From: an uncultured Stomatobaculum sp.
GTDB taxonomy: Bacteria; Bacillota; Clostridia; Lachnospirales; Lachnospiraceae
Assembly (NCBI GenBank): GCA_916439095.1
Contig: CAKAGU010000002.1
Coordinates: forward strand, 45,580-109,579
DNA length: 64,000 bases
Direction of reading: 5' to 3'
Both the position numbers and the translations under genes were made by a program. Below, in pieces: positions 22,238 to 32,041 of the stretch. Position 1 is the stretch's first letter; each line of letters opens with the position of its first letter. The notes beneath the pieces were generated by a model, which had not been told where the DNA came from, did not search any database, and saw only the letters and a list, made by a program, of their open reading frames with translations.

Positions 22238-22574
22238 AATGTGTATGCGTCAATAATGAATTATCGATTCGGATGAGAAATTTATTCTATTTTAGTCAGA
22301 TTAACTTTGACCGTCAAGGAAAACGGAGCGAAAAGAGGTAAGCAAATCACCTTGTCTTCTGTTGATGTGTTGAATGAATATGTCATTTTACAACATCTGT
22401 AAATATGCCGGCTGTTGAGTCAAGAACACTTCATTCTTATCCACTTAGTATTGTAATCATCATTGAATCCGCGAATCTATATAACCAGCACAGCAAATCC
22501 GTAGTGTCAGTTCCTAAAGCTTTATCATCTGCACAGCTAAACTTGTACATGTCAGGAGCCAAGTGGTTCTTGTT

Positions 22575-22890
22575 TAGATCCTTGAAAACTGAATCTACAT
22601 TCTTCAGGCACAACCCCTGTGACGGGGAGCCACATCAGCGGGAAACGCAAGGATTGTCCTTAAAAGACAAGAGCGCGAACCCAGTCTGTAAGCTTCGGAT
22701 TGCTTCCGGAGTACAGCATTGATCCGTCACAGCATAATGATACTTCTGTACGCAGCTCGGTGAGAACCACGGAGGGGTTAGAGTCCCATGGATCCGGAAG
22801 CAACCGGACGCCTGAATGCATTCCCGGCAGGACAGAGAGTCTGCCAGTTCCCAGGGGTGTCGAGGACAAATGTGGGGATAACATACGTAA
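22575..22890 (+). ncRNA. Putative structured noncoding/leader RNA
   Basis: GC-richer intergenic block with nested stems, T-loop-like GGGTTAGAGTCCC and two hairpins with complementary loops. Confidence 0.5.
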
Positions 22891-22983
22891 TAAGCAGGTC
22901 AAAACAGATCTGTTTAGGATATGGCAGACAGCGATGCCTGCCATTTGCATAGGAATATCAACGAAAACAAGGAGGGATTATAT

Positions 22984-23385
22984 ATGCTTCGTGACAATTG
23001 GAATTACAGACGGGGAGACGTCTATCTGATCGATTTGCCGGAACCGGTGAATCACATCCAGGGCGGCCTACGGCCGTGCATTAACATCCAGAATGAGATT
23101 GGGAACAGATACAGCCCGAATCTGCTGGTTTATCCGCTGACAACGCAGCTAAAGAAACTCGGGCAGAAAACACACTACGTTCTCTACAACGTGCCGTTCT
23201 TGGAGAAGCCGTCTATGATACTTGGTGAACAGCCGACGCCGGTCGATAAGTGTCGGGTGGTGAAATATCTCGGAAAGCTGATGCCATGGCAGATGGACAA
23301 GGTCAATGAACTCATTCGTGTAGCAACCGGCTATATGAATCCTGAGGATCCGATTCCGGGGGAGTGCCTAGAATTTCCCGTAATG
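22984..23385 (+). CDS. PemK/MazF-family endoribonuclease; 3' end uncertain
   Basis: RRGDVYLIDL, QGGLRPC..IQNEIGNRYSP, PLTT, GEQ..PVDK.RV..YLG. Confidence 0.85.
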
Positions 23386-23436
23386 AGGCAAATGCTGAGA
23401 AGCCAAACGAAAAAGCAGAAAGTGAGGGGTTGCATA

Positions 23437-23657
23437 ATGGAAGCGATTGAAACCTTTGAGCGCCAGGAAGAAGCAGCAGTTGCCGGTGCAGAAAAGCGCT
23501 GTTATACCGTTGAGGATCTACAAATCATCCTCGAATTGCAAGAGGAACCGCATACAAGCTGCTTGAACGGCATGAGTTCCGCTGGTTCAAAAATCGGATC
23601 CACGTATCGGATTTCGAAAAAAAGAGTTTTGATGAGTGGCTGGACAGTAAGCTGTAA
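23437..23657 (+). CDS. Excisionase-like HTH_17 protein, frameshifted
   Basis: KRCYTVEDLQIIL...FKIGSTYRISKKSFDEWLD. Confidence 0.75.
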
Positions 23658-23719
23658 ACGCGTCAAGGATGCCCGTTCAATCGGGTGACATCCTAACAAT
23701 GGAAAACAGTATCCGCTAC

Positions 23720-23751
23720 GATTTAGCCAGGTCATAAGACCTGGCTAAATC
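23720..23751. terminator. Perfect 14-bp stem hairpin between the xis-like genes
   Basis: GATTTAGCCAGGTC-ATAA-GACCTGGCTAAATC. Confidence 0.55.
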
Positions 23752-23770
23752 ACGATAAGGAGGTTGTGAG

Positions 23771-24650
23771 ATGAAGGACAGAGATAAGACGACCATGTCC
23801 GTTTCTGAAATGCGGCAGATGCTTGGTCTGAAGAAAAACGGACTCCTATTGGCTGGTACATAGACAGCTCTTTTGAAACGGTTCTTGTCGCCGGAAAGAT
23901 GCGGGTGGTACTTGATAGCTTTGAGCACTGGTATGCAAATCAGGTTAAATACAAGAAGGTCGCCGGTCCGCCTCCAGGTGCCGAATTGAAGGCCTATTCT
24001 TATTCGATACCGGAGATTGCGACGCTTTTTGGGTATCAGTGATTCGACTGTCTATGGGAAATCATCAAGCGGGACAAGCTCGAAACGTTTGAGGTTGCTT
24101 CCTGGAGGCGCGTCCGCAAGGATGTCTTTGAAGCGTGGTATAAGGCCCAAACGAAGTACAGGACGCCGGAGGATCGGCAGCGAGATGCGGAGCAGGAAAA
24201 ACACTTCCATGACACTGCCGCAGATGGCAAGGCTTTTGGGCATCAGCCGCGAGGAGGCCTACTCGCTTGTCAGAAGAAAGCGTAATCGGGATGTTTTCGA
24301 GATTATCATGGTTGCGGATAAAAAGCGTGTCACACTGGACAGTTTTGAACGCTGGTATCAGAGACAGAATTGTTATCAGAAGGTCACGGAGCAAACTTCG
24401 GGTCTTGATAAAGAACTCGAAGAGGTCGATGATGCCGAATGCACGGTACTGTTGGATGCTGACAAGATGAGTTTTACGGTCAAAGAGACCGCACGTCTGA
24501 TCGGCGCAACGACCCGTGAGATATACCAGATGATTGAAAGATGATATTCTCGATGGTATTCGTATCGGAAAGGTGGTTCGGATTAGACGCGCCGCCCTGG
24601 AATGGTGGATGTCCTCTCAGGACAATGCTTATGAGAAGGAGGAACGGTGA
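23771..24650 (+). CDS. Multi-repeat excisionase-like DNA-binding protein, frameshifted
   Basis: Four HTH_17-like units, each ending in a SFE.WY..Q-type motif; stop overlaps the integrase ATG. Confidence 0.7.
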
Positions 24651-26067
24651 TGGCATCGCTTGTTGAAAGGAAGAATAGGTATTATGTGGTATACACTTAC
24701 GAAAACGAAGCGGGAGAAAAGAAGCAGAAATGGGAAAGTTGCAAGACAAAGGCGGATGCGCAGAGAAGAAAGTCGGAGGTAGAATACCGTCAAGAGCTTG
24801 GTAGCATAGTAATCTCGCAGTGCGAAACCATGGCAGACCTTTTGAAGGAATACATATCCATGTATGGCAAGAATAACTGGGCGCTTTCGACCTACGCTTC
24901 TAATGTCAATATGATTAACACCTACATTCTTCCCGCATCTGGGGACAAATGAAGCTGGGAGATATTACCGCAAGGTCACTGGAGAAGTACTACCAGACGA
25001 TGCTGAAGACGCAGGGCGGTTCCCCAAATGCACGGATAATAAGCACAAGAAGACCTCTGCGCTGGTATCGGCGGAAACGGTCAGGCGCATACATAAGCTT
25101 CTTCACAGCTGCTTTGAACAGGCGGTCCGCTGGGATTTGATGATACGGAAATCCGGCGGATTACGCCACGGTACCGAAGTCAACGAAAAAGCAGCGTGAG
25201 ATCTGGAATGCCGAAACTCTCATGAGAGCAGTTGAGCTTTTGCGGGGATTCAAAGCTCAGGCTTGCCATCAATCTGGCATTTGCCTGCTCCTTCGAATTG
25301 GTGAGCTGCTCGGCTTAACCTGGTCTTGCATCGATGTTTCGGATGAGAGCATCAAAAAGGGAGTCGCTTATGTCTATGTAAATAAGGAATTGCAGCGGGT
25401 GAACCGCAGTGCTATGCAGCAACTGGGATGAAAAAGGATGTCATCTTTTGCGTTTCCGGTGATCTCTGAGAAAGAACAGGACGCAGCTCGTTTTGAAGAA
25501 GCCGAAGACGCTGTCCAGTATCCGCAAAGGTATTTCTCCCCAGTACGGTTGCAAAAATGCTAATCCTCAGGAAGGAGGAGCAGGATGAACTGAAGGAGGC
25601 CCTGGGATCCGAGTATTCAGACTATGATCTTGTTTTTGCCGGAGACTACGGAATGCCCACGGAAGCAAGCACTATAACAGAATCCTTCAAGAAGCTGATT
25701 AAGGAGCATGATCTCCCGCCGGTGGTATTCCACAGTCTGCGACATTCCAGTATCACCTATAAGTTGAAACTGAACGGGGGTGATATTAAAAGCAGTTCAG
25801 GGAGATTCCGGTCATGCGCAGGCCAAGATGGTCACGGACCAGTACTCGCATATCCTGGATGATGACCGGCAACAGAATGCAAAGCTTTTTGAAAAGGCAT
25901 TTTACCGGAAGGATATCGTCCGGGAGGATGCGGGAGAACATTTATCGGCGGTCGAAACAAAAACAGGAGACGCGCTAACCGCTGGTGACAGGCAGCTGCT
26001 TGAGAAGCTTATGAGTGATGAATCGACTGCAACGCTACTGATGAATCTGTTGAAAAAGCTAAGTTGA
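24650..26067 (+). CDS. int: Tyrosine recombinase/integrase, several frameshifts
   Basis: Arm-binding N-terminus, LRIGELLGLTW, VFHSLRHSS, GDSGHA...YSH. Confidence 0.9.
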
Positions 26068-26335
26068 AATGCATAGAATACATAGCCCACAGGACCTTGT
26101 AAGAGAGGCTCTGTGGGCTTAAAATATCTAAAAATGGCGACAGTTGGTAAGGGCACAAGACGCCGGTTTTAGCAATTTCTAAAATCCATCTAATGGAAAC
26201 GATTAGACAGCGGTGAACATCTAAAGAAATCTGTGAACAGAGGACAACTCAGAACACGAAAAAACACTGGAAATACGCGGGTTTCATGAACACCTGTGAA
26301 CACTGATGGATAATGAGAACCAAACGCCGGACTTG

Positions 26336-26377
26336 CTCCTAAGCGAAACGTCGGCGGTTCAAATCCGCCCGGGGACA
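26336..26377 (+). other. att site: 3' half of tRNA-Arg(CCT)
   Basis: Anticodon loop CTCCTAA, T-arm GGCGG-TTCAAAT-CCGCC, acceptor strand CGGGGACA; no matching 5' half upstream. Confidence 0.8.
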
Positions 26378-26384
26378 GGTCCGG

Positions 26385-26418
26385 ACAGGGGAAGATTGCA
26401 CAATCTTCCCCTGTTTTC
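26385..26418 (+). terminator. Terminator after the tRNA fragment
   Basis: ACAGGGGAAGATTG-CA-CAATCTTCCCCTGT then TTT. Confidence 0.75.
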
Positions 26419-26621
26419 ATCTAAAAAAACAGAGATCCGATTAGACAATATCTAAAAAACGGCTTTTTTTTCTAATGCCGGAGCAAGTCCTCAGAGGGGA
26501 CGCAAGCTAAAAATGGCGGGAGGTCGTGAGTTTTCGCTTGTATTAGCGACGGATCAATGTATACTAATAATAACATTAATTCGGTATATGTCTATAATAA
26601 CAAACGTTATTTGGTGAAACA

Positions 26622-26942
26622 ATGAAGAAGGCCGCATATAACATTCTTCCGGGAACGGAGGAAATACTGAAAAACATGGGGGAGCAGATTAAGCTCGCCA
26701 GGCTAAGACGAAATCTATCTACGGAGTTGACCGCAGAACGTGCAGGAATCAGCCGAGCAACCTTGTGGAAGGTTGAAAAAGGCGACCCATCCGTAGCAAT
26801 GGGTATCTACGCAGCAGTGTTGCATGCGTTGAACAATCTCGATAAAGACCTTCTGCTGGTTGCAAAGGACGATGAACTTGGCAGACAACTTCAGGATCTG
26901 AATCTAATCACAAGAAAGCGGGCCCCGCGGAGGAAGGACTAG
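26622..26942 (+). CDS. HipB-like XRE antitoxin
   Basis: GEQIKLARLRRNLS..AERAGISRATL..VEKG; coupled to hipA. Confidence 0.85.
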   Translation: MKKAAYNILPGTEEILKNMGEQIKLARLRRNLSTELTAERAGISRATLWKVEKGDPSVAMGIYAAVLHALNNLDKDLLLVAKDDELGRQLQDLNLITRKRAPRRKD

Positions 26943-28201
26943 TGGTATCCAAAGAAAAGACAATTTTTGTCTACGATGACTTTAGTGGGCAGAATCCGAT
27001 GCGGATAGGGACACTCTATGTAAATAGCATGAAAGGCGGGGAATCCTATTCTTTCGAATATGAGAGAGAGTGGCTCAAAAAAACCTCACTAAGATTCACC
27101 TTGGATTCGGAACTTATGCCATATGCCGGAAGACAGTATCCTGTCGGCAAAACTACTTTCGGCCTGTTTTCGGATTCATCTCCCGACCGCTGGGGGCGCG
27201 TTCTTATGAATAAGCGTGAGAGAATTTTAGCGGAAAAGGAAGGCCGTAAACCGTCTAAACTGTATGACAGCGACTATCTATTGGGCGTGTACGACGAGAC
27301 GCGACTGGGAGGGATTCGATTTAAGACAGATATGAACGGAGCATTCCTTTCCGACGATAAAGATACAGCTGCCCCGCCTTGGGCAACGCTTCGGACTTTA
27401 GAGGAAGCATCCAGAAATTTTGAAAATGACGATTCGGGTTTATCGGAAAAATGGTTAAATCAATTGATTAAACCGGGTTCTTCGCTTGGCGGTGCAAGGC
27501 CAAAGGCGACAGTCATTGATACCGATGAGCAGCTGTGGATCGCAAAATTCCCATCTAAGAATGATGAAAATGATACCGGAGCATGGGAAATGGTGACGCA
27601 CAATTTGGCGGAGCTCTGCGGTCTGCGCGTTACGGAGGCGAAACTAGAAAAATTTTCCGCTCTCGGGAGCACTTATCTGGTTAAGCGCTTTGATCGTATT
27701 TTGAAAAAACGGGTACACTTTGCCTCCGCTATGACGTTACTCGGAAAAACAGACGGAGCATCCGCTGTAGACGGAACAAGCTATCTGGAGATGGCAGCAT
27801 TCATTAAATCCTACGGTGCACAGCCCAAGGAGGATTTGATAGAACTCTGGAGACGAATCGTTTTCAATATGGCTGTTACCAACACGGATGATCATCTACG
27901 CAATCATGCGTTTATTCTGACCGAAACCGGCTGGAGCCTTTCGCCTCTTTACGATGTCAATCCGGTTCCATACGGAGACGAACTGTCTTTAAATGTTAAT
28001 GCGGAGGATAACAGCATAAGCGTTGAGCTTGCAGTGGAAACGGCTGTCAGATTCGGAATATCCGAGACAGACGCCAAAATGTATGCAAAAGAAATTCTGG
28101 GGATTGTAAGAGAGAATTGGGAGAAACAAGCCGTTCGTTGCGGGTTGACGCGTAGACTCATAGAAGAGATGCGTCCCGCTTTTCGTGCTTGTTATGTGTA
28201 A
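26942..28201 (+). CDS. hipA: HipA-family kinase toxin
   Basis: PDRWGR, GSSLGGARPK, IAKFP, VKRFDR, NTDDHLRNH, LSPLYD. Confidence 0.93.
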   Translation: MVSKEKTIFVYDDFSGQNPMRIGTLYVNSMKGGESYSFEYEREWLKKTSLRFTLDSELMPYAGRQYPVGKTTFGLFSDSSPDRWGRVLMNKRERILAEKEGRKPSKLYDSDYLLGVYDETRLGGIRFKTDMNGAFLSDDKDTAAPPWATLRTLEEASRNFENDDSGLSEKWLNQLIKPGSSLGGARPKATVIDTDEQLWIAKFPSKNDENDTGAWEMVTHNLAELCGLRVTEAKLEKFSALGSTYLVKRFDRILKKRVHFASAMTLLGKTDGASAVDGTSYLEMAAFIKSYGAQPKEDLIELWRRIVFNMAVTNTDDHLRNHAFILTETGWSLSPLYDVNPVPYGDELSLNVNAEDNSISVELAVETAVRFGISETDAKMYAKEILGIVRENWEKQAVRCGLTRRLIEEMRPAFRACYV

Positions 28202-28518
28202 ATGAACGCGAAATCAGAAAATCTAAACCTGTCTAATGAGAATTTGTGGATATCTAACGAAAGGGTGAACATCGACGAAAAAGAGCTCTATCGCTTCCCG
28301 GGCGAAAGGCTCCGGGTTTCGACTCCGTCAGGAATTGAACGCTTCTTAATTTCCCGGGAAAGGATGAGGTGTTCCGAGAAAGTTAGCGGTTTCTTCAGAT
28401 TCATGTCCGTTCCCCGATTCACAGGTAAAATAAGAGGCTGAACCAAGAGGTCCAGCCTGGTCCCCGACACACATTACCTCGGGCAACTCTGTTGAGTAGA
28501 TGGTAACAGAAAAGTGAA

Positions 28519-28812
28519 TTGAATTCAAGAATATGGATGAAATGCGTGAACGCTTTCCCGAATCCGGAATTTAGATTCCGGGAGATGAAAAAAAGCTGCA
28601 GGGAGAGTCCCTATGAGGGACTCATGGTAACGCTTCCCGGCAGCAAGGTGAGCGCAAGCCTGAACCTGGATGCCTACTATGAGCGCACCAATACCGGTGC
28701 TTCCGAGCATCAGGTGATGGACTTGATTGAGAGTGCGGTTCGAGAGGCTTCTAAGAACATGCCGCAGATTGACTGGAATGTCCTCGGCAACTATGAGCAA
28801 AGGAAGTTGTAA
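28519..28812 (+). pseudogene. Fragment of a DUF5688-like ICE protein
   Basis: YEGLMV..PGS.VS.SLNLDAYYE pattern; truncated. Confidence 0.45.
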
Positions 28813-28964
28813 AAGCGGAATTGATTTATAAGAGAAAGTCCGGGCAGGAGACTGTTCGGACCTTTCTCATATAGTCCAAAGTTACGGCAGAATTGTTCAA
28901 AAGTTTTATGGTATAATTTGAATACGAAAATTGAGCAACAAATCGGAATCTATGGAGAGATGTA

Positions 28965-29420
28965 ATGCGTGGCTGCGAATGGTGTGCGTATAAAGAAACT
29001 GAGTGGTTGCTATATCAATCACTGCATTGGTCAGTCTATTTGGCAGATAGACAGGATTATGTCGGCAGATGTATTCTGGTGTTGAATCGGCATTGCGGCA
29101 GTCTTTCCGAATTGGATGTTCCTGAGTGGATGGAATTGAAAACGATTATAAATCGACTGGAATGGATCTATAAAGAGGTATTAGGCGCCGAATTATGCAA
29201 TTGGAGTTGTCTGCTGAATAACTTTTATAAAGAAGCAGTACCAAACCCACATCTGCATATCCACGTGCGGCCGCGGTATAAAAATGCCGTTGTAATCAAC
29301 AATCATACATACATAGATACAGAATTTACCCACCACTATGCTTTGAAAAAAGAGAGCATAGTGGTTGATGATGACAGAAAAGTATTGTATGCACTTATGA
29401 AGAAGCATTTTGTTTTATGA
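28965..29420 (+). CDS. HIT family protein
   Basis: CxxC, PHLHIHVRPRY. Confidence 0.85.
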   Translation: MRGCEWCAYKETEWLLYQSLHWSVYLADRQDYVGRCILVLNRHCGSLSELDVPEWMELKTIINRLEWIYKEVLGAELCNWSCLLNNFYKEAVPNPHLHIHVRPRYKNAVVINNHTYIDTEFTHHYALKKESIVVDDDRKVLYALMKKHFVL

Positions 29421-29421
29421 C

Positions 29422-29733
29422 TGTAGTGGTACAGTGAATTTGTAACACCTCTGCCTGATAGATTGTATTGTCAGCAGAGAAGAAAAGCACATGACTCGAA
29501 TATCAGACGAAACTAGGCGAAAAGTTGTTCGTGCGCACATTCAGGACGGATGCACGATTGCCGGCATTGCGGTTGAGTACGGCATATCCGGAGCCACTGG
29601 TTCCAACTGGGTACGCTCGTATCGCGAAGAATGCCAAAACAATGATGAGGAGAAGTCTCAGGTGGAGATGATGGAGGAGAAATTGTCAGAATTTTTAAAG
29701 ACGAAAAAATGTCATGGCAACACCTCCGACTAA
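29422..29733 (+). mobile_element. Truncated IS3-family remnant (left end plus orfA)
   Basis: TGTAGTGGT.. terminus; HTH SDETRRKVVR...EYGIS....NWVR; no orfB. Confidence 0.6.
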
Positions 29734-29769
29734 AATCGAAACAGTATAAAATCACGAGGAGGCTAAGAG

Positions 29770-30534
29770 ATGAGCGATTATATCAAATTAAATGAAGACA
29801 GATGGAATCATGTAAAAAATGACTATACCGAGCCGTTGACACATGAGGAATTAGAAGAAGCTAAAAATAATCCGATATCTGTTGCATTAACTGTCGGGAA
29901 AAAGGTTCCGATAGAATGGTTTGAAAAAGCCAACGGAAAAAAGATATTAGGGTTAGCCTGCGGCGGCGGACAGCAGGGACCGGTTTTTGCGATAAAGGGT
30001 TATGATGTAACCATCATGGATTTTTCTGCATCACAATTACAAAGAGATGAGATGGTTGCTGAAAGAGAAGGCTTAAAAATCAACACGGTTCAAGCCGATA
30101 TGACAAAACCGTTCCCGTTTGAAGATGAGACCTTTGATATCATTTTTAATCCGGTTTCAAATGTTTATATAGAAGATTTAGAAAACATGTATCAAGAAGC
30201 CTCTCGCGTATTGAAAAAGGGTGGAGTGTTAATGGTCGGATTTATGAATCCTTGGATATACATGTACGATGCTGACATCGTATGGGACAAACCCGACGAG
30301 GAATTACTTTTAAAGTTTTCAATCCCGTTTAATTCAAAAGAGCTTGAAGAGGAAGGTAAGATAAGCATAAATCCGGAATATGGATATGAATTCAGCCATA
30401 CCTTAGAAACGCAGATTAGAGGACAACTTAAAAACGGGCTCGCGATGATAGATTTTTATGAATCGTGTGACAAGAGAAATAGATTAGCGCGTTACGGAAA
30501 TGACTATATCGCTACACTTTGCATTAAACTGTAA
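29770..30534 (+). CDS. Class I SAM-dependent methyltransferase
   Basis: ILGLACGGGQQ, DFS..QL, ADM..PFPFEDETFD, RVLKKGG. Confidence 0.9.
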   Translation: MSDYIKLNEDRWNHVKNDYTEPLTHEELEEAKNNPISVALTVGKKVPIEWFEKANGKKILGLACGGGQQGPVFAIKGYDVTIMDFSASQLQRDEMVAEREGLKINTVQADMTKPFPFEDETFDIIFNPVSNVYIEDLENMYQEASRVLKKGGVLMVGFMNPWIYMYDADIVWDKPDEELLLKFSIPFNSKELEEEGKISINPEYGYEFSHTLETQIRGQLKNGLAMIDFYESCDKRNRLARYGNDYIATLCIKL

Positions 30535-30718
30535 TGTTATAGAGCACACTTCGGGAGCATGGCCCGCTTCATTTTTTAGAAGGGTTAAAAGCTAAATATA
30601 GAGGAGACATGAAGTCGGTTCAAGGGGACTCCGGTCATGAACGGAGCGACAATGTTTTGCCAACGTAGTAAGAGACCGTGTGTGAAAGCTATCGTTCATA
30701 CGGAGATGAAGAGGGAAG

Positions 30719-31015
30719 ATGTTTGAGCTGACAAAACACAAGGCCTACGAGTTATTGAAAACCACATGGAGTCGAGTGAGTCTCGATTATGTGATACTCT
30801 CTGTCGGCAAGGAGTATGAAGGCTATGCCACGCACAAGCTTGCGGTGATTGAGGCATTCCGAATACTTGAGCTCAGGTTTGCCGCGTTCGCGTATCAACT
30901 GAATATTGAGGCTAATAACATGAGGGCAACAAAAGTCGATACGGAAGAATTTTTGGTGCCGCCGAGTTATGCACATTATGAGGACAGAACCAAGAAACGA
31001 GGTTCGATGCGATGA
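30719..31015 (+). CDS. Hypothetical protein, possibly truncated
   Basis: RBS and ATGA overlap with fic. Confidence 0.5.
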   Translation: MFELTKHKAYELLKTTWSRVSLDYVILSVGKEYEGYATHKLAVIEAFRILELRFAAFAYQLNIEANNMRATKVDTEEFLVPPSYAHYEDRTKKRGSMR

Positions 31016-32040
31016 GCGAAACATATCAGCCGCCGTTTCGTATGACGGAGGAAATTACAAACTTAATCGTTGAAATCGGACAATATGTCGGCTCGATCAC
31101 AACCTATGAGTCTATGCACCGAAATCCGGTTCTTCGAAGAGAAAACCGGATTAAATCCATCTATTCTTCATTGGCGATTGAACAGAACACACTGTCTCTT
31201 GATCAGGTCAGTGATGTAATCAATGGGAAACGAGTACTTGGACCGCCGGAGGATATCCGGGAAGTGAAGAATGCGTACGAAGCATATGAGCGTGTTTCCG
31301 AGCTTGATCCGTACAGTGTTAAGAATCTGCTCTATGCCCACAAGCTGATGACGGAAGGGCTGGTAAAAGAAGCCGGGAGATTCCGAAGCGGTAACGTCGG
31401 CGTATATGCCGGGGACCGCTTGATTCATGCCGGCACACCGGCAAGATATGTTCCCGAGCTGGTGTCGCAGTTAATGACCTGGCTAAAGGAATCCAAATAC
31501 CATCCGCTGGTAAAAAGCTGCATCTTCCACTATGAGTTTGAATTCATTCATCCCTTTGCGGATGGGAACGGACGAACCGGAAGGCTCTGGCAGTCGCTGA
31601 TCCTTCGGAAATGGAATGAGCTTTTTGCGTGGCTGCCGGTGGAAACTCTGGTGCATGAGAATCAGGAAGAATACTACCGTGTACTGCAGAAGGCAGACAA
31701 CGCGGGAGATTCCACAGAGTTTGTGGAGTTCATGCTGGGCATGATCCGCAATGCACTGAAGGAATTGCGTGACAATCAGAACAAGGGTGTCAATGAAGCC
31801 AATGTTGAAGCAAATGAAGCTAATCGTGAAGCCAATGAAGCAAAAAAACAGGGACAATCGAGAATCAAATCCTGCGGCTCATTCGGGCGAATCCTAAAAA
31901 TCTCGCAGACACGGATTGCGGAAGAGCTCGGCGTTTCCCGCTCTACGATTCAAAGAGCCTTTGGCAAGCTGATTGAGAGTGGATGGGTTCGGAGAAGCGG
32001 CGGAACACGGGGATCATGGATCATACAGGAGAAACACTGA
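31012..32040 (+). CDS. Fic family protein with C-terminal HTH
   Basis: SLAIEQN inhibitory motif, HPFADGNGRTGR. Confidence 0.92.
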   Translation: MSETYQPPFRMTEEITNLIVEIGQYVGSITTYESMHRNPVLRRENRIKSIYSSLAIEQNTLSLDQVSDVINGKRVLGPPEDIREVKNAYEAYERVSELDPYSVKNLLYAHKLMTEGLVKEAGRFRSGNVGVYAGDRLIHAGTPARYVPELVSQLMTWLKESKYHPLVKSCIFHYEFEFIHPFADGNGRTGRLWQSLILRKWNELFAWLPVETLVHENQEEYYRVLQKADNAGDSTEFVEFMLGMIRNALKELRDNQNKGVNEANVEANEANREANEAKKQGQSRIKSCGSFGRILKISQTRIAEELGVSRSTIQRAFGKLIESGWVRRSGGTRGSWIIQEKH

Positions 32041-32041
32041 T

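Larger units (their letters stand above)
1..26377. mobile_element. Right-hand part of an ICE/IME integrated at tRNA-Arg(CCT); left end lies outside the window
   Basis: RadC, TTRAP, MobC and relaxase at left; excisionase-like genes, tyrosine integrase and tRNA 3' fragment at right; AT-richer than the region after ~33 kb. Confidence 0.85.

Noticed and set aside
22405..23029. ORFs 22405-22722, 22700-23029 and 22660-22950 as a MazE antitoxin
   Set aside because: No RBS or RHH/AbrB-like features seen; they overlap the structured RNA-like block
22921..23688. 255-aa MazF-Xis fusion in the ORF track
   Set aside because: An internal RBS and ATG at 23437 and frameshifts in the Xis part point to two genes joined by an indel
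26305..26377. Intact tRNA-Arg
   Set aside because: No 5' acceptor strand (GTCCCCG) or D-arm upstream; only the 3' half is present, so it is called an att site
28305..28335. CCGGGTTTCGACTCCG as a second tRNA T-arm remnant
   Set aside because: Imperfect stem and no match to the tRNA-Arg fragment at 26336
28930..30560. Possible cassette-junction motifs (e.g. CAAATCGGAAT) around the HIT and methyltransferase genes
   Set aside because: Only one clear copy; the others are too degenerate to support a cassette array
31789..31842. Short tandem peptide repeat VNEANVEANEANREANEA in Fic
   Set aside because: Variable low-complexity linkers before the HTH are common in this Fic class
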